Below are positions 47,519-57,132 of a stretch of DNA of 64,000 nt, one piece after another; position 1 is the first letter of the stretch; each line of letters begins with the position of its first letter. Under the pieces are notes generated by a model, which was given only the letters and a program-made list of their open reading frames with translations, was not told the origin of the DNA and ran no database searches. Source of the stretch: Nitrososphaeria archaeon (GTDB taxonomy: Archaea > Thermoproteota > Nitrososphaeria > Nitrososphaerales > JAAOZN01); contig JARVJZ010000001.1 in assembly GCA_029775855.1 (NCBI GenBank), positions 192,001 through 256,000 on the forward strand, read 5' to 3'. The position numbers and the translations under genes were made by a program.

Positions 47519-49279
47519 CTACTTTACTGTAACTGACTTGGCTAAGTTTCTAGGGTAGTCTGGGTTCTGGCCGCGCTCTAATGCTGAGTAGTATGCGAAC
47601 ATCTGAAGTGGTATGACCTCCACTATCGGATAAAAGATGCTTTCGACTGAAGGAATCTCCACATAATAGTCGTAAAGAGGGTTTGCAACGTCTGATACAC
47701 CTATCACCTTAGCCCCCCTCGCCTTAAGCTCAGCAACATTACTTAACGTATCGTGGTAAGTCTTATCATTGGGGTTAAGCGCCACAACAGGCACACCTTC
47801 GGATATGAGCGCCAGCGTGCCGTGTTTAAGTTCACCTGCTGCAAACCCTTCAGCGTGGATGTAAGATAACTCTTTAAGTTTCAAAGCGCCTTCGAGCGCT
47901 ATAGGGTAATTTAGACCTCTGCCTATGAAGTAGCAGTCTTTAGCTGTTAAAAACACTTGAGCAAGATATGCGAGCTGGCGTTCAACATCAAACACTCTGT
48001 TAACAGCTTTACTGAGACGCTGTAGGTCAGCGGCTGTGTTAGAAAGTCTAAAAGCGATGCTGTAGATGACCGCTAATTGGGCTGTAAAAGACTTTGTAGC
48101 AGCAACACCAACTTCAGGGCCGCATTTTAAGTAGAGTGTATAGTCACTCTCTCTTGCTAATGATGAAGTCGGTGTATTTACTATCGAAAGTACAGAGGCG
48201 CCCTTCCTCTTACCGACGTTAATCGCTGATAACACATCGGCAGTTTCTCCGCTCTGGGAGATGGCAAGCAGAAGCGTATCTTCATCCACAAGTGGTATAT
48301 AATCTTCAAACTCGCTCGCTAAGATCACTTCCGCGGGAAGCTTAGCCATCTTAATGAATAGATGCTTAGCTATTAGCGCCGCATGGTAGCTCGTTCCAGC
48401 TCCTATGATATATACCCTGTTTACTCCTTGTAGTGATAGGCAGAAGCGGTCAACCTCGTTTATATCTTGGTTAAAGGCTTTGAATATGGATTCACGCTGC
48501 TCATGAATCTCTTTTAACGTATAGTGCGTGAACTCCTTCTTTTGAAAGCTTGTAGCTTCCCACGCTAAGGTTGATATTGTATGCAGAACTTCTTCGCCGT
48601 TAAAGTTCCATATTGTATAGCTATTTCTTCTAACCTCAGCTACCTCAAAGTTATCCAAGAATATAGCTTCTTTTGTATGCTTAAGGAATGAGAGTACATC
48701 ACTCGCTACAAAATTTTTATTTCCACCTAGACCTATTATAAGTGGTGCATCCTTCCTCACACCGTACAACCTATCGTTTAGATCTCTAAATAGGACAAGG
48801 AAGGCATATGAACCCTTTAACTTGTTTACCGCAGCCAACAAAGCGTCCCTTTGATTTCTACCGGTCTTCAGCTCTTCTTCTATTAAATGCGGAATTATCT
48901 CTGTGTCTGTTGTGCTTCTGAAGATATGCCCTTTTAATTCTAATTCGTTTTTAAGTAGCTGATAGTTTTCGATGATGCCGTTATGAACAACTGCGATGCT
49001 TCTATCGCACGATAGGTGAGGATGGGCGTTCTCTGGTGTGACCCCTCCGTGTGTTGCCCAACGAGTATGCGCCAAACCTATCTTTCCACATGTACTCTTT
49101 AGGTCTGGGTTTTTGGCTAATTCGGCTACTCGACCTACAACTTTAATAACTTTGATGGTTTTCCCGTCGTGCACACCTACACCAACAGAATCATATCCCC
49201 TATACTCCATATTTGTTAAACCGTCAAGCAGTATCTCTAACACATCAGAATCGCTAACACAACCTATGATGCCACACAT
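47519..49279 (-). CDS. glmS: Glutamine-fructose-6-phosphate transaminase
   Basis: MCGIIG, EYRGYDS, HTRWATHG, SQSGETAD, PRNLAKSVTV. Confidence 0.98.
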   Translation of the reverse strand: MCGIIGCVSDSDVLEILLDGLTNMEYRGYDSVGVGVHDGKTIKVIKVVGRVAELAKNPDLKSTCGKIGLAHTRWATHGGVTPENAHPHLSCDRSIAVVHNGIIENYQLLKNELELKGHIFRSTTDTEIIPHLIEEELKTGRNQRDALLAAVNKLKGSYAFLVLFRDLNDRLYGVRKDAPLIIGLGGNKNFVASDVLSFLKHTKEAIFLDNFEVAEVRRNSYTIWNFNGEEVLHTISTLAWEATSFQKKEFTHYTLKEIHEQRESIFKAFNQDINEVDRFCLSLQGVNRVYIIGAGTSYHAALIAKHLFIKMAKLPAEVILASEFEDYIPLVDEDTLLLAISQSGETADVLSAINVGKRKGASVLSIVNTPTSSLARESDYTLYLKCGPEVGVAATKSFTAQLAVIYSIAFRLSNTAADLQRLSKAVNRVFDVERQLAYLAQVFLTAKDCYFIGRGLNYPIALEGALKLKELSYIHAEGFAAGELKHGTLALISEGVPVVALNPNDKTYHDTLSNVAELKARGAKVIGVSDVANPLYDYYVEIPSVESIFYPIVEVIPLQMFAYYSALERGQNPDYPRNLAKSVTVK

Positions 49280-49332
49280 TAAACAATCTAAGCAAGTTAT
49301 TTAGATAAATATCTTACGAAAACGTATTCTGT

Positions 49333-49734
49333 CTAAGCCCTCCTCCCTCTTCTACCGCCTTTCTTCCTTGTTGTATCGTGTGGAATGGGGGTGACATCTT
49401 CTATTCTGCCTATTTTGAAGCCAGCTCTAGCTAGAGCTCTTATGGCTGCTTGCGCACCTGGTCCTGGTGTTCTAGGTCCTGTTCCTCCTACAGCTCTAAC
49501 TTTGATGTGTATGTTGGTTATGCCCTTTGCTTTGGCGGTTTCGGCTGCTGCGGTTGCTGACTTCATGGCTGCATATGGTGATGATTCGAATCTGTCTGCT
49601 TTGACGTGTCTTCCTCCTGAGCTGAATGCTATGGTTTCTGCGCCGCTTAGGTCTGTTATGTGAACTATTGTGTTGTTGTAGCTGCTGTAGATGTGTGCAA
49701 CGCCCCATTTAGTTGGTTCTTCTTTTTGCGCCAA
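49333..49734 (-). CDS. rps11: 30S ribosomal protein S11
   Basis: [35 protein letters not shown]. Confidence 0.98.
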   Translation of the reverse strand: MAQKEEPTKWGVAHIYSSYNNTIVHITDLSGAETIAFSSGGRHVKADRFESSPYAAMKSATAAAETAKAKGITNIHIKVRAVGGTGPRTPGPGAQAAIRALARAGFKIGRIEDVTPIPHDTTRKKGGRRGRRA

Positions 49735-49737
49735 TCT

Positions 49738-50271
49738 TTATGCCTCCTCAGTGGTTGGTGTTGTTAGGGTTGCTGGGGCTATTCTACCTTTATAAACGCT
49801 ATCTGCTCTAAAGCCTACTTTGGGCTCTTCTTCTGCGGATACAATGTAGCTTGGTTTTGTAATGACTCTATCTCCTATTGCGATGTGTCTATGTGTTATG
49901 AGTTGACGGGCTTGGTAGGGTGTTTGAGCTAAACCTTTTCTCCACACTATGGTTTGAAGTCTTCTCGCCAAAATGTTTTCTACCGTAAGGCTTAGTATGT
50001 CATCTAGAGTAGCGTCTTTTGATACTATGCCTCTCTTTGCTAGTGAGTTTAAGAGAGTAGCTTCTCTTTTCGCTCTGATCTCTGGTGGTGCGGCTAGAAG
50101 TGTCCTTGCCTGTTTGCGTATATTAGAGAGAATTGTCTGCGCCTTCCACAGTTCCCTTTTATTTCTTAACCCATAGGTGCCAAGCAGATATAGTTCTTGA
50201 GAAAGCAGGTCTGCTCTCCAAGGTGTCCTAGGTCTGCTGAATGTTTTTCTAGGTTTTTTAGGGTCTCCCAT
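49738..50271 (-). CDS. rps4: 30S ribosomal protein S4
   Basis: MGDPKK, YGLRNKRELW, RRLQT, ARQLITHRHI. Confidence 0.98.
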   Translation of the reverse strand: MGDPKKPRKTFSRPRTPWRADLLSQELYLLGTYGLRNKRELWKAQTILSNIRKQARTLLAAPPEIRAKREATLLNSLAKRGIVSKDATLDDILSLTVENILARRLQTIVWRKGLAQTPYQARQLITHRHIAIGDRVITKPSYIVSAEEEPKVGFRADSVYKGRIAPATLTTPTTEEA

Positions 50272-50278
50272 ATGCTGA

Positions 50279-50725
50279 TCACGACGCCGACTTTCTTACA
50301 CCTACGGTTCTACCTTTTCTACCTGTTGTGCGTGTTCTTTGTCCTCTGACCTTTAATCCTAGTGAGTGGCGTATTCCTCTCCAGCTACCGACCATCTTCT
50401 CACGCTCTATATCATTCTTTACTGCTAGCTCAAGATCTGCGCCTATAAGATGGTAGTTTAACCCTGTGTCAAGGCTCTTTCTTCGGTTAAGCTTCCAGCT
50501 CGGTATTCCTATTCTGCTTGGATCGCTCAAGCCTTTCTCTATCTCATTTATTTCGATATCTGAAAGAGCGCCCAGTCTCATTTTTGGGTCAAGCCTTAAA
50601 GCGTTAACTATGGCGTAAGCTAGGTTTAAGCCTACGCCTTTGAGGTCGGCTAGCGCTGCTATCAACTTTTTTGACCCGTCGAGGTCTTTACCTTTTATTC
50701 TCACGATATGCTTGAATTCACTCAA
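50279..50725 (-). CDS. rps13: 30S ribosomal protein S13
   Basis: IVRI, WRGIRHSLGLKVRGQRTRTTGR. Confidence 0.98.
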   Translation of the reverse strand: MSEFKHIVRIKGKDLDGSKKLIAALADLKGVGLNLAYAIVNALRLDPKMRLGALSDIEINEIEKGLSDPSRIGIPSWKLNRRKSLDTGLNYHLIGADLELAVKNDIEREKMVGSWRGIRHSLGLKVRGQRTRTTGRKGRTVGVRKSAS

Positions 50726-50828
50726 TCTTCAGACTCACTTTGACTCCTTTAGTAAGATGGCTCAACCTAACCCTTTAAAGACTTTTCGCGTATCAACTTA
50801 AAAACATCTATGTCTATCTCTTTCTGAT

Positions 50829-51794
50829 ATGGGTAGTTGGAGAAGCGTCTACGGAGATGTGTTAGAGAATCTTCTTGATGAGCATAAAGAGTCAGCCGTT
50901 GGTGTTGTTGGCTGCTGGGCTAAAGATATTAGCCACCCCGTCTGTGAACTCGACTTACTTGTTGTCTCGTCTCGTCAACCATTCTTTGAAAGGAGGGTAG
51001 AGAATCAACTTATTATAGATATCATATTTGTGGATGAACAGCAGTTATCTAGGCAGAGTGAGGGGCTTCTTGCTTCAACTTTAAGTGAATGCTTAATCTT
51101 GCAAGATCCAAAGCTGCTTTTAGCCTCAATAATATCTTCAGCAAAAACTCGTGCTTTAAATGAATGTAGGCCTCTCGCCGCTTCGGCTCTTACAAACACT
51201 GTAGGCTACCTTGGCTTGGCTAAGCGTGCACTTAAAGATGGTTGTAGTATGAGTGGAGGCTTTTGGCTTCTTTCAGCTGGCTATAGTCTACTTGAAGTTT
51301 TACTTTGGGCTGCTGGTGATAAACCTCGTCCTTCACACTTGCTTAGTCAGTTTAGGTCGTATAGCGGTTCTCACTCAGATGTTCTTGGCGCCGCGTTAGG
51401 TCTTGTAGACGCTACATCAACGAGTGTTAAAAGGCGGCTTAATTTTCTATCTATGGTTTATGATGCAGAGGCTTTAGGGCTTTTAGATGGTTGTAAGTTA
51501 GAGGTACTCCTCCCTACTCTCGCTTCGAAGAAGGCTCTGTATCTGCTGGAGTCTAATAGAGTGGTTGATGCCTACATCTACCTAGGGTATCTTATCGTAG
51601 AAGTGCTTAGGCGTATCTACCGAAGTTGTGTGGAACTACTACCAAAAGCTAGACTCCACAGATTTATTGAAGACTTAGATAGCAAAGGTACTCTTGGTAA
51701 GGGCGCTGTAAGAGCGGCTTCTTTCCCACCTATTGACACAACGCTAATACAAGGATTAGAACAGACAACTTTTAAGCTTGCTCAAAAGATATAG
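50829..51794 (+). CDS. Hypothetical protein, degenerate Pol-beta nucleotidyltransferase-like N-terminus plus helical (HEPN-like) C-terminus
   Basis: VGVVGC...CELDLLVV and IDIIF resemble the NTase hG[GS]..DxD motif; helical C-terminus with PRPSHLL. Confidence 0.5.
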   Translation: MGSWRSVYGDVLENLLDEHKESAVGVVGCWAKDISHPVCELDLLVVSSRQPFFERRVENQLIIDIIFVDEQQLSRQSEGLLASTLSECLILQDPKLLLASIISSAKTRALNECRPLAASALTNTVGYLGLAKRALKDGCSMSGGFWLLSAGYSLLEVLLWAAGDKPRPSHLLSQFRSYSGSHSDVLGAALGLVDATSTSVKRRLNFLSMVYDAEALGLLDGCKLEVLLPTLASKKALYLLESNRVVDAYIYLGYLIVEVLRRIYRSCVELLPKARLHRFIEDLDSKGTLGKGAVRAASFPPIDTTLIQGLEQTTFKLAQKI

Positions 51795-51835
51795 ATGTTA
51801 AGCTTAAATGACACATCGTAGCATATTACTTTAGA

Positions 51836-52900
51836 ATGTCATCCCCAAAGACTACATTCAAGGATTTCTACCACATAGTTGTTGACAGCGGTCAATGCTG
51901 CGGCTGCGGTTCCTGTGTTGCTGTATGCCCCCTCTCGGCTTTAAGCTATCTTTACGATGAGACACTACCTGTGCTGGTTGGTAAATGCACAGACTGTGGT
52001 GTCTGCTTCAAAGCTTGCCCACGCTACAACTTTAATGTGGAGGAGGTGGAGAAGATGCTCTTTAATCGAACAAGAAGCGAAAGCGAAGTCTTCGGCGTGC
52101 ATCACAATATACTTGCAGCCAGGAGTCGCATCCCTGATGTGCTTAAGGTGTGTCAAGATGGGGGGTTAGTGTCCTCTCTACTCATATGGGCTCTTGAAAA
52201 TAAGGTTGTTGACGCAGCTGTTGTTGCAAGCTTTAACCCAGAAACTTGGGACGCTAAGCCAAGATTTGTTAGAACAAGAGAAGAGGTTCTCTCATCAGCC
52301 GGTACACGCTACACCTATAGCCCTAATAATCTGTTGCTGCGTGAAGCTGGGGCTAACAATATTAAAGTAGCCTTCGTTGGAACGGGGTGTGAAGTTGAAG
52401 CGGTTAGAAAGATGCAGTATCATAAGCTGAGGAAGAGTGTGGGCACAGTTGTCTTCACAATAGGTTTGATGTGCCACGAAAGCTACACGATGAATGGGCT
52501 AATAGACAAGAAGATACGCGGAGAACTGGGAATAGAGCCTAATCAAATAGCTAAAATGAACATCAAGGGTAAGATAATAATTGAGACAAAAGATGGTAAA
52601 GTTGCAGAAATAGGGCTAAAGGACGCTAGACAATATGTAAGGAAAGGATGCTTCTACTGCGGAGACTTCTCAGCGGAGCTAGCAGATATATCGGCTGGAG
52701 GCGCTGGTGCACAAGGCTGGACGATATGTGTAGTAAGGACAGATCAAGGTAAAAACATTCTTGAGTCTGCTGAGAAAGCTGGCTACTTGGAAATAGAGCC
52801 GATAGAGAAGCATAAATCATCATATGATACCGTAGTCAAGCTATCCAACATCCAGAGAAACAGAAGGGCAAAGGCTCTAAGCGGCGCCTTAAACATCTAA
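51836..52900 (+). CDS. FrhB/FpoF-family F420-interacting Fe-S flavoprotein
   Basis: Two CxxCxxCxxxCP ferredoxin motifs, QDGGLVS, AGTRY, VGTGC, CFYCGDFSAELADISAG. Confidence 0.9.
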   Translation: MSSPKTTFKDFYHIVVDSGQCCGCGSCVAVCPLSALSYLYDETLPVLVGKCTDCGVCFKACPRYNFNVEEVEKMLFNRTRSESEVFGVHHNILAARSRIPDVLKVCQDGGLVSSLLIWALENKVVDAAVVASFNPETWDAKPRFVRTREEVLSSAGTRYTYSPNNLLLREAGANNIKVAFVGTGCEVEAVRKMQYHKLRKSVGTVVFTIGLMCHESYTMNGLIDKKIRGELGIEPNQIAKMNIKGKIIIETKDGKVAEIGLKDARQYVRKGCFYCGDFSAELADISAGGAGAQGWTICVVRTDQGKNILESAEKAGYLEIEPIEKHKSSYDTVVKLSNIQRNRRAKALSGALNI

Positions 52901-53902
52901 ACCTATTTTGAGCCTCCGCTCAGCGATCTCTGTGCTATGTTCATATGAAGGCGCACTAGGCTCTATAAACTTCTTAGCAGAGTTAACCGCAATAGCAACA
53001 TCGGCAAACCCTACCACAAGCAGATTAAGCTTTACAGATTCAGGTTTATAGGCTACATCCCCAGCTGCATAAACACCTGGCAGAGATGTCTCCATTCTGC
53101 TGTTAACTTTTATTTGCCTACCGTGTATTTCCATCCCCCAGTTCTTTATCGGTCCGAGGTCTGCTTTAAAGCCTATGAACACAAGTATGGCGTCAACGGG
53201 TATTGTGTCTTCTTCCCCCGTTTTATTGTTGTAGATTGTTGCTTGCTCAATATGGCTTTCTCCTTGTGCCTCTTTGATTTCATGTGAGAGGCGTATATCT
53301 ATACCTAGCTCTTTAACCTTCTTAACCGTATATTCATGTGCTCTAAACACATCCCTCCTATTAATTAATGTGATGTGCTTAGCATAAGTTGCCAGCTCAT
53401 AAGCCCAATCAAGCGCTGAGTCTCCTCCACCTATTATTAGAAGCCGCTTACCTCTGAACTCCTCTTTACTCTTAACAGAATAATATACTCCTCTACCCTC
53501 AAATCTATCGATAGCTTGATTACCAAGCTTATTAGGTTGAATAGCCCCAACACCAGCAGTTATCAAAACAGTCTTGGTGAAATGCTCACCTCTATCAGTC
53601 CTAAGAATGTAAACCCCATCTTTACGCTCTAAATCTATAGCAGTCTCATTAAATCGGAAGACCGCACCCATCGAAAGCGCTTGCTCATAAAGGTTCTTAG
53701 CAAGAGCTTTTGCCTGAATCTTCAAGAAGCCAGGCACATCTATTATATACTTCTCAGGGTAAAGTGTGATGAGCTGCCCACCAGCCTGAGGCAGAGTTTC
53801 TAAAACTTTGCAAGTCATCTCTCTTAATCCAGCGTAGAAGGCGCCGAATAGTCCAGAAGGGCCTGACCCTATTACTGTTATGTCGAAGATATCCATTAAC
53901 AT
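52889..53902 (-). CDS. TrxB-like ferredoxin-NADP+ reductase (YumC type)
   Basis: GGQLITLYPEKYIIDVPG, GGGDSALDWA, no CxxC, C-terminal HST. Confidence 0.88.
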   Translation of the reverse strand: MLMDIFDITVIGSGPSGLFGAFYAGLREMTCKVLETLPQAGGQLITLYPEKYIIDVPGFLKIQAKALAKNLYEQALSMGAVFRFNETAIDLERKDGVYILRTDRGEHFTKTVLITAGVGAIQPNKLGNQAIDRFEGRGVYYSVKSKEEFRGKRLLIIGGGDSALDWAYELATYAKHITLINRRDVFRAHEYTVKKVKELGIDIRLSHEIKEAQGESHIEQATIYNNKTGEEDTIPVDAILVFIGFKADLGPIKNWGMEIHGRQIKVNSRMETSLPGVYAAGDVAYKPESVKLNLLVVGFADVAIAVNSAKKFIEPSAPSYEHSTEIAERRLKIGLDV

Positions 53903-53957
53903 ACCTATCAGATTTTGCTACATATATTGTTTATATTCATCTTCGCCTTACCATTAA

Positions 53958-54989
53958 TTGTTGAAGATAGGTAGGCGGAAGCTAATCACTTTATCCGCTT
54001 TAGGGGTTGTTGGAGCTTTGGCTACAGCATACTTTACTGTAATGTCAATTAGGAAGATGAAAGTTAATACTGAAGTTGTGAAGCCCGCTGAAGTATATTT
54101 GGTTAAGACTAATGATAGAGTTAACGGTGTGAAAAGACTCTTAGCTAAATCTGATTTAGCAGAGTATAAGGGTAAACGGGTCTTCTTGAAAGCTAACTTT
54201 AACAGTTCTGACCCCTACCCCGCTTCAACCCACCCAGACACACTCAGAACGATAGTTAATAGCCTAAGAAGCGTAGAAGTAAAAGAAGTGGTTCTAGGAG
54301 AGCGCAGTGGAATGGGTAACACAAGAGATGTCCTCAATAAAGTAGGCGTATTCAATATATCCGCTGAATCTGGATTAAAGATAGAAGTGCTTAACGAGAA
54401 CCCCCTCGATAAATGGGTTAAGATTGAACCAAACGGCACACATTGGTTAAACGGCTTCTATTTACCTAAAACCCTACTAGAATCAGATAAAGTTATCCAA
54501 ACATGCTGCTTAAAGACACATAGATTTGGTGGGCACTTTACCATGTCTTTAAAGAACTCGGTTGGTCTCGTCGCAAAAAGTGTGCCAGGAGAACTTTACG
54601 ATTATATGGTTGAATTGCATACTTCTCCTTATCAGCGGCTTATGATAGCTGAAATCAACGCATTTTATAATACAGATTTTATAATCTTGGATGCGTTATC
54701 TGGTTTCGCTACAGGCGGCCCAGAGAGCGGTAAACTCATTAACCCTAACTTGATTATCGCTGGTAAAGATAGAGTTGCGGTAGATGCGGTTGGTGTGGCT
54801 GTGCTGAGAAGATTCGGCTCCACATCTGAAGTTATGAGAGGTAGAATATTTGAGCTTGAGCAGATCAAGAGAGCTGCTGAAATAGGCGTTGGTGTTAACG
54901 CGGCTAAAGATATAAAACTTAGACCTTTAGATGAAGAAAGCAGAGAGGATGCTGAGCAGATAGAGGAAATACTACAACAACAGGGATAA
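53958..54989 (+). CDS. DUF362 family protein with twin-arginine-like N-terminus
   Basis: GRRKLITL + hydrophobic helix; KANFNS, GERSG, LKTHRFGGHFTMSLKNSVG. Confidence 0.85.
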   Translation: MLKIGRRKLITLSALGVVGALATAYFTVMSIRKMKVNTEVVKPAEVYLVKTNDRVNGVKRLLAKSDLAEYKGKRVFLKANFNSSDPYPASTHPDTLRTIVNSLRSVEVKEVVLGERSGMGNTRDVLNKVGVFNISAESGLKIEVLNENPLDKWVKIEPNGTHWLNGFYLPKTLLESDKVIQTCCLKTHRFGGHFTMSLKNSVGLVAKSVPGELYDYMVELHTSPYQRLMIAEINAFYNTDFIILDALSGFATGGPESGKLINPNLIIAGKDRVAVDAVGVAVLRRFGSTSEVMRGRIFELEQIKRAAEIGVGVNAAKDIKLRPLDEESREDAEQIEEILQQQG

Positions 54990-54994
54990 CAAAC

Positions 54995-55414
54995 CTATTC
55001 TTCTCTAACAACCTTACTGCTCGAAATTATGTGCCTAACCTCCACAGATAATTCACTTAGATATTTCGATATATACCTTCTATGACAACCAGTTGGGCTA
55101 ACTTCTAAACACATGATGCATACCGTATTTTCTGCAATCTCTTTAAGAAGAAGTTCAACTCCTCTTTGGAACTCGGCACTTTCCATGTATTTGTCGAAGC
55201 CACCTTTACGGTAGCCGCCTAACTCATCACCAAGCCAGAGATATTTGATAGCAGCCTCTCCAAGCCACTTCTCCATTATAACCTTTTTGAAATCTTCGAA
55301 CTTTGAGTTAGGATACCTTCTAACATCCACAAGAACCTTTACCTTATGTTTTCTTAGAAGCTCAAGAAAAGATGACCTACTTCTCCCGCCGTAGCCTATA
55401 GTGTAGACGATCAT
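54995..55414 (-). CDS. DUF488 family protein
   Basis: YTIGY, LVDVRRYP, ELGG, MCLE....CHR. Confidence 0.9.
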   Translation of the reverse strand: MIVYTIGYGGRSRSSFLELLRKHKVKVLVDVRRYPNSKFEDFKKVIMEKWLGEAAIKYLWLGDELGGYRKGGFDKYMESAEFQRGVELLLKEIAENTVCIMCLEVSPTGCHRRYISKYLSELSVEVRHIISSSKVVREE

Positions 55415-56439
55415 CTAAGTTTCTTCGCCGCAAGCCTAGCTATCTCATCAGCCATTTCAGACGATTTAGCGTCGCCGCCTAGATCATATGTGACCACTCT
55501 CTTTTCAGATATGACTTCTTCTGTCGCTTCGAATATAGCGCGGCTTCGCTTTACATCGCCAAGATACTCAAGCATCCACGCGCCTGAGAGGATAGTGGCT
55601 GTTGGGTTAACTTTGTCTAAGCCCTTATACTTTGGTGAACTACCGTGGGCTGGCTCAAACATGGCGTAATTGTCTCCGAAGTTGCCTGAGTAGACCATAC
55701 CTATGCTACCGACTAGGGCTGAAGCCTCCTCTGAAATTATGTCCATAAAGAGGTTGGTGCTCAATATCACATGCCGATTGAAGCGTTGCGGATTCTTAAT
55801 GAGCTGCTGAGTAAAGTTATCTATATAATATTCCTCAACAGTAACATTTGGATATTCTCTACCAACCTCTTGAACAGAGTTAAAGAAGAGACTGTCCGTC
55901 TCTTTCAAAATATTTCTCTTAGTCACAACTATAAGGTTGCTCCACCCCCTTTTCAAAGCCTCCTCAAAAGCTCGTTTAGCAACCCTCACAGAAGCACCTC
56001 TTGTAATCTTTCTAATAGCAAAGGCAGCATCATCGCTGATTCGAAACTCTAAGCCGCTATACAAACCTTCAGTAGCTTCTCTAACGCAGACAAACTCAAC
56101 CGGACCTAACGGCCCCTCCGCACTCTTGAATGTCTTGATCGGTCTTATGTTTGCGTAGAGTTTGAACCTCTGCCTTATGCTTACAGCTACGCTTCTAGGC
56201 GTATTTGGGTCTGGAGGTGTTGTAGTAGGGCCTTTAAAGCAAGCATCTGAGCTTTCAAGTATAGCCCAAGTTTCTTTAGGTATGAATGAGTCTCCGCCGT
56301 GCTTCTGCCACCACTCAAGCCCAGCATCACAAACATTCATCTCAACTTTAGCCTCGACAGCTTTAAGCACCTTTATCATGCAGTCTACTAACTCTGGTCC
56401 AATTCCGTCTCCTCTGATTAAAGCGACCTTCTTAACCAT
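55411..56439 (-). CDS. Isocitrate/isopropylmalate dehydrogenase family protein
   Basis: GDGIGPE, YANIRP, REATEGLY, NLFMDIISE, FEPAHGS, TYDLGG. Confidence 0.93.
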   Translation of the reverse strand: MVKKVALIRGDGIGPELVDCMIKVLKAVEAKVEMNVCDAGLEWWQKHGGDSFIPKETWAILESSDACFKGPTTTPPDPNTPRSVAVSIRQRFKLYANIRPIKTFKSAEGPLGPVEFVCVREATEGLYSGLEFRISDDAAFAIRKITRGASVRVAKRAFEEALKRGWSNLIVVTKRNILKETDSLFFNSVQEVGREYPNVTVEEYYIDNFTQQLIKNPQRFNRHVILSTNLFMDIISEEASALVGSIGMVYSGNFGDNYAMFEPAHGSSPKYKGLDKVNPTATILSGAWMLEYLGDVKRSRAIFEATEEVISEKRVVTYDLGGDAKSSEMADEIARLAAKKLR

Positions 56440-56457
56440 CGACTCTCTTCTACCTTG

Positions 56458-56736
56458 CTAATATCTTATCGCAAACTCTTTAAACTCACCTTTATATTCT
56501 TCTCTATTGACTTCTACCGACTCTACTTCAGCCCCTATTGGTCCACGCTTACACCACTCTACAAATTTACTGAGATTCTCCTCTTCCCCCTCAACCACAG
56601 CCTCAACACGCCCATCGCTAAGATTTCTTACCCACCCCGTTAAGGAAAGAGACTCAGCGATTCTTTTCGCTGTAGACCTGTAGAAGACGCCTTGAACATA
56701 ACCCGAGATGTATATGTGAAGCCTACTTTTTGCCAA
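56458..56736 (-). CDS. acyP: Acylphosphatase
   Basis: GYVQGVFYR, GWVRNLSDGRVE. Confidence 0.96.
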   Translation of the reverse strand: MAKSRLHIYISGYVQGVFYRSTAKRIAESLSLTGWVRNLSDGRVEAVVEGEEENLSKFVEWCKRGPIGAEVESVEVNREEYKGEFKEFAIRY

Positions 56737-56814
56737 ACTACTAGCCCTAAAACTGAGGGCAAATTTAAGCAGAGCTGCTTAATCTATAAATAATTTGAAT
56801 GTGTCTAAAATAAT

Positions 56815-57120
56815 ATGGCTTACAATATGGGTGAACAAGTAAGCGTGGAAGATGTAGAAGACGCGCTGGCTACCATTGTTGACCCAGAGATTGGACTTCC
56901 TATCCTAGAGTTGAAGATGGTGGATAAAATATTGATAGAAGGGGGCGACGTTTCAATAGACTTTCATCTAACAGCACCCCTCTGCCCACCGTTCTTCGCC
57001 CTTAAGATAGCTACAGACATAAAAGAAGCTGTATCAAAGATAAAAGGTGTAAAATCGGTCAAGGTTAACCTCAAACAACACTACTTAGCTGACATGATAA
57101 ACAAAGAAGTCAACAAATAA
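56815..57120 (+). CDS. DUF59/SufT-like Fe-S assembly protein
   Basis: IVDPEIG, LTAPLCP. Confidence 0.88.
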   Translation: MAYNMGEQVSVEDVEDALATIVDPEIGLPILELKMVDKILIEGGDVSIDFHLTAPLCPPFFALKIATDIKEAVSKIKGVKSVKVNLKQHYLADMINKEVNK

Positions 57121-57132
57121 CAATAGGAAAAA

